A stretch of 10,306 bases of DNA, from assembly GCA_041742355.1 (NCBI GenBank), contig JBGSIV010000182.1:1-10306 (forward strand), in the 5' to 3' direction. The notes beneath the pieces were generated by a model. That model saw only the letters and a program-made list of their open reading frames with translations, was not told the origin of the DNA and searched no databases. The DNA comes from Candidatus Zixiibacteriota bacterium. Its GTDB lineage: Bacteria > Zixibacteria > MSB-5A5 > GN15 > FEB-12. The stretch's first letter is position 1. The number at the start of each line of letters is the position of its first letter. Below, one piece after another: positions 6,413-10,306 of this stretch. A program made the translations under genes and the position numbers.

Positions 6413-9256
6413 ATGAAACTAAAGCTGGTGACCACCTTGCTCGTGGCATGCGCTCTCTTGTTGAGTGCCACAGCATACGGATCGGTGGTCGGCAAGATCA
6501 AGGGGACTGTGACCGATCAGCAGAGCGGCGAGCCGCTCATCGGGGCCACAGTCGCCGTGGTCGGAACGGCGCTCGGCGCCGTCACCAATGAAGCCGGCGA
6601 GTACAGTGTCAACAACGTGCCGGTCGGTACGTACGTCGTCCGCATCACGGCGGTCGGCTATCAGCCCGTGGAAATCGCCAATGTCGATGTGTCCGCCGAT
6701 CTGGCGGCGTACATCGATCAGTCGATGTCCTCGAGCGTGACCGAATTGGACAAGACGATCACTGTCAGAGCCGAACGCCCGCTGGTTATTCCCGACAAGA
6801 CTACCACGATCAACATCGTTGACCGCGAACAGCTGCAGGCTATGCCCGTGCAGAGCTTTGAAGAAGTGATCGGCATCCAGAACTCGGTGGTGCGCATGAA
6901 CGCCGGCCAGTTCGGCCAGCGCCAGCGCGGCCAGCGGGCGTTGCAGGCCGACGGCGTGGAGTTGAACCTCCGCGGCGGTCGTCCGCAGGAAGTCGCCTAC
7001 TACATCGACGGCTTCTCGCAGCAGGATCCGCTCACCGGTCTTTCCACCACCCGTATCAACAACAACGCCATCAAGGAATTCAGCGTGACCTCCGGCGCCT
7101 TCTCGGCCGAGTACGGTCACGTGGCCTCCGGCGTGGTGCAGTTGTTCACAGCGGGCGGTTCGGAAGTGTACCACGGTAACCTCGAGGTCCTCACGGACAA
7201 CGTGCTGCCGGACAACTACGACCACAACTACTACTCCTTCGATCTCGGCGGCCCGATTCCCGGGCTCGAACGCGGCTTCTTCTTCGGATCGATCGAGCGC
7301 CGCTTCCTGCGCGATCGCTCCCCCTCGCCCATTACCGAGGAGATGCACACGAAGTACGGCGCGCCGTTCGGCCTGGATACCCTGTATGCGGACGACCCGC
7401 AGCGCCTGCCGAACAACAAGCTGGCCGGCTGGGCCTACCAGGGTAAGATCGATTATGACTTCACCCCGAATTTCCGGCTCAGCCTTTCCGGGAACGGGTC
7501 GATCGACAACTGGCGCGAGTACCGCCAGGAGTGGGCGCTCAACACGGATCACGGCCCGCGGTACAAAGATGAAAACCTTGGCCTCAATGCCAAGATCACG
7601 CATACGCTGAACGCCACGACGTTCTACAACCTCAGCGGTTCGTACTTCATCACCCAGCGCCTGCGCGGCGACGCCCAGATCTTCGACGACTACGAGGGTT
7701 ACCTCCGCCCCTACTCCAATCCGGAGTATGACGAGGACAACCTTTTCTGGACGGATTCCGAACTGCGCGAGTACGTCGACGGCAGCGACACCATCGAGGT
7801 GATGGCCGACTCCTACTACGGCGCGTACCTGAACCAGAAGTCGTCCTACCTCGGCTTCCGGGGCGACCTGACCAAGGAAGTCAACCAGTCGTGGACGGCG
7901 AAGGCCGGCGTGGAATTCCAGCGGCATACGCTGCGGTATTTCCGCGACCTCGACGCCACCAAGGATCACACGCCGAACCTGGTCAACCGCTACGGTTTTG
8001 ACGAGAACGGCGAGGAGTCGGACGACGAGACCTTCCTGAACGAGACCAAGCACCCGATCAACTTCTCGCTCTATTCCCAGAACCGCCTGGAGTGGGTGGG
8101 GCTGATCATCAATGCCGGTCTGCGCTTCGACTACTACGACTACAACACCCAGGGGTTCAAAGACCCGCAGCAGCCGCTCGGCCCGGACCAGGCGATCGAC
8201 GAAGGCGACCTGAAGGACAGCGAGACGTTCGCCCGCCTGTCGCCGCGCCTCGGCATTGCCTTCCCGGTGTCGCACAAGACCCAGATGCGCATCAACTACG
8301 GCAAGTTCTACCAGCGTCCGCTGCTGCAGGACCTGTACCTCGGGTTGGATTTCTACCAGGCGCGCATAACGGCGGGATCGTACTTCCCGTTCGCCAGCCC
8401 GCTTTTGGAGCCGGAGAAGACCACGCAGTACGAGGTCGGTATTTCGCACCAGCTCGGTGACAACGTTGCGTTCGACTTCTCGGCGTACTACAAGGACGTG
8501 CAGGATCTGACGCAGGTCACGCACATTTCCAACGTCGATCCGAAGGCGTACGACATCTTCTCGAACGTCGACTACGGTACGATCAAGGGTGTCGATATTG
8601 CGTTTTTGATGCGTCGGACCCGGAATATCCGCCTGGACTTCCGGTACACGCTCAGCTACGCGACCGGCACGGGTTCGTACGCGCAGTCGAACTACATCAT
8701 CGCCTGGCAGAATCCGGGCGGCGAGCCGAAGACCACCAGCCCGCTTGATTTCGACCAGCGCCACTCCATCAACGCCGTCTTTGACTGGCGCCTGGAAGAC
8801 GCGATGGGGCCGAAGATGGGCGAGCTTTTCCCGCTGGAGAACACCAGCCTGGCCGTCGTCTTCTCCGCCGGCAGTGGCACGCCGTACACGCCGATGGCGA
8901 TCTACGACGCCGCTACGGAAGCGGCCGTGACGCCGCAGCCGCTGGACAAGATCAACACGGCCAACAAGCCGTGGTACATGAATATCGATGCCAAGCTGGA
9001 GCGCCGCTTCAACGTCGGCAGCTTCAACATCACTCCGTACGTGTGGGTGAAGAACCTGCTTGACCGCGAAAACGTGATTGGCGTCTACGAAGGCACCGGC
9101 CAGCCCGACGAGACCGGCTTCCTGAACACGCCGGTCGGCCAGACCAACATCGCCAACAACGAGGAGTACGGCCAGAGGTACGAGCTGAAGCAGTTCACTC
9201 CGGTCAACTACTCGAATCCGCGGATGGTGTTCTTTGGACTGCGGACGTCATTCTAA
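6413..9256 (+). CDS. TonB-dependent outer-membrane receptor with N-terminal carboxypeptidase-regulatory-like domain
   Basis: The true start is likely ATG 6413 (GGAGG at 6400-6404), with signal peptide MKLKLVTTLLVACALLLSATAYG. GKIKGTVTD…GEPLIGATV…GTYVVRITAVGY matches CarboxypepD_reg. Plug motifs are LRGGR…YYIDG…GAFSAEYG…SGVV. Barrel motifs are GLRFDY, SPRLGIAF, LEPEKT.QYEVG and NLLD. The protein ends in Phe. Confidence 0.92.
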   Translation: MKLKLVTTLLVACALLLSATAYGSVVGKIKGTVTDQQSGEPLIGATVAVVGTALGAVTNEAGEYSVNNVPVGTYVVRITAVGYQPVEIANVDVSADLAAYIDQSMSSSVTELDKTITVRAERPLVIPDKTTTINIVDREQLQAMPVQSFEEVIGIQNSVVRMNAGQFGQRQRGQRALQADGVELNLRGGRPQEVAYYIDGFSQQDPLTGLSTTRINNNAIKEFSVTSGAFSAEYGHVASGVVQLFTAGGSEVYHGNLEVLTDNVLPDNYDHNYYSFDLGGPIPGLERGFFFGSIERRFLRDRSPSPITEEMHTKYGAPFGLDTLYADDPQRLPNNKLAGWAYQGKIDYDFTPNFRLSLSGNGSIDNWREYRQEWALNTDHGPRYKDENLGLNAKITHTLNATTFYNLSGSYFITQRLRGDAQIFDDYEGYLRPYSNPEYDEDNLFWTDSELREYVDGSDTIEVMADSYYGAYLNQKSSYLGFRGDLTKEVNQSWTAKAGVEFQRHTLRYFRDLDATKDHTPNLVNRYGFDENGEESDDETFLNETKHPINFSLYSQNRLEWVGLIINAGLRFDYYDYNTQGFKDPQQPLGPDQAIDEGDLKDSETFARLSPRLGIAFPVSHKTQMRINYGKFYQRPLLQDLYLGLDFYQARITAGSYFPFASPLLEPEKTTQYEVGISHQLGDNVAFDFSAYYKDVQDLTQVTHISNVDPKAYDIFSNVDYGTIKGVDIAFLMRRTRNIRLDFRYTLSYATGTGSYAQSNYIIAWQNPGGEPKTTSPLDFDQRHSINAVFDWRLEDAMGPKMGELFPLENTSLAVVFSAGSGTPYTPMAIYDAATEAAVTPQPLDKINTANKPWYMNIDAKLERRFNVGSFNITPYVWVKNLLDRENVIGVYEGTGQPDETGFLNTPVGQTNIANNEEYGQRYELKQFTPVNYSNPRMVFFGLRTSF

Positions 9257-9277
9257 CGAGTGCATGAGGAATACGAT

Positions 9278-10306
9278 ATGAAATTCAAACTCGCAATACT
9301 CGTGCTGATTGCCGTGCTGGCGACGTCGCTCTATGCTGCGCCGCCCCAGACCCGGCGGTCGGCACCGCCTGCGGCAGCCCGGATTGACAACACCACGTAC
9401 ATCAATGCCAACCGCATCCTGATGTTCGTGACCAATCATGGCAACTTCGGCCGCGACCTTTCCGACGTCTACGGCTATGATGCCGGGACGTTCTACCCCT
9501 ACCCGGGTCCCAACGACCACGCCGCGTTCGAGGCCGACCCGGACAAGAAGTACCCGCTCTACGCTGCCGGTCTCTGGATCGGGGGCCTGGTCAACGGCGA
9601 AAAGCGCGTGATCATCGCCGAGTACTCCGACGAGTACGTCCCCGGCCCGATGGTCGGCGGCACCTTCCAGCCCGACAGTCCGGAATTCAAAGTCTACAAG
9701 TTGTGGCGCGACTCACTGGCCGCGAACCCCAACGAAGACTACTTGAACTGGCCGGAGGATCAGGGCGCGCCGGTCAACGAGGACGGCACGCCGGAGATGA
9801 TCGGCGATCAGATGCTCTGGGCCGTTTACAACGACGCCAACCCGGAAGCCAAGGACAACGACGCCGGTTCGACCGATCCGCTCGGCATCGAGGTTCAGCA
9901 CACGACGTTCGCGTATACGCAGACCGGCCCGCTCGGCAACATGATGTTCTTCCGCCTGCGCGTTTTCAACAAGGGCGAGAACACCATCGAGAACTGCTTC
10001 TTCTCGCTGTGGGCCGACCCCGACCTCGGTGATGCCGCCGACGACCTCGTCGGTTCGGACACCACCCGGTCGCTCGGCTACGTGTACAACGCCGACAACG
10101 ACGACTCCTACTACCGGGCGGCGCCTCCGGCCCTCGGGTTCGACTTTTTCCAGGGGCCGCTCGTTGAGACGGGCGACCTGAACGATACCGCCCGCATGTG
10201 GGGTCAGAAGTGGCCCGGCTTTGTGAACATGGGGATGTACTCGTTCAACAAGTACATCAACGGCACCGACCCGAACGACTTCAACGAAACCTACTTCTAC
10301 ATGCAG
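9278..10306 (+). CDS. Large secreted hypothetical protein, co-operonic with the TonB receptor (5' part only, 343 codons, runs off window)
   Basis: Absent from the ORF track because it has no stop. GAGGA RBS at 9266-9270, ATG 21 nt after the TBDR stop, and the frame stays open to the end: MKFKLAILVLIAVLATSLYA-APPQ…INANRILMFVTNHG…YAAGLWIGG…GDQMLWAVYND…PLGIEV…NKG…WADPDLGDAADDLVG…LGYVYN…PPALGFDFFQGP. It has an SPI-type signal and no lipobox. Confidence 0.9.
   Translation, partial: MKFKLAILVLIAVLATSLYAAPPQTRRSAPPAAARIDNTTYINANRILMFVTNHGNFGRDLSDVYGYDAGTFYPYPGPNDHAAFEADPDKKYPLYAAGLWIGGLVNGEKRVIIAEYSDEYVPGPMVGGTFQPDSPEFKVYKLWRDSLAANPNEDYLNWPEDQGAPVNEDGTPEMIGDQMLWAVYNDANPEAKDNDAGSTDPLGIEVQHTTFAYTQTGPLGNMMFFRLRVFNKGENTIENCFFSLWADPDLGDAADDLVGSDTTRSLGYVYNADNDDSYYRAAPPALGFDFFQGPLVETGDLNDTARMWGQKWPGFVNMGMYSFNKYINGTDPNDFNETYFYMQ

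Noticed and set aside
6419..8764. 781-aa antisense ORF and other long shadow ORFs (1256-2440 -, 3817-4839 +, 5326-6036 -)
   Set aside because: They are antisense shadows of well-supported genes, as expected with high GC3 codon usage.

Overview
GC-rich bacterial window with FCB-superphylum hallmarks (Por/FlgD-type C-terminal sorting domain, CarboxypepD_reg-TonB receptor). Zixibacteria-like affiliation is an inference only. Gene order: DMT/EamA transporter (+), secreted three-domain protein with a T9SS-A/FlgD-Ig C-terminus (+), a ~1.1-kb convergent intergenic region, phosphofructokinase with a PPi-type signature (-), folE (+), TonB-dependent receptor (+), and a large secreted non-lipoprotein partner that is missing from the ORF track and runs off the window (+). 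The most unusual part is the 2348-3447 spacer. It holds five copies of a 17-nt non-palindromic motif (TTGGGTTCGTTTGNNCA; four direct at 80-98 nt spacing, one inverted at the far end), interleaved with about a dozen hairpins from several unrelated REP-like families, mostly co-oriented. No transposase, cas gene, tRNA or rRNA was recognised.
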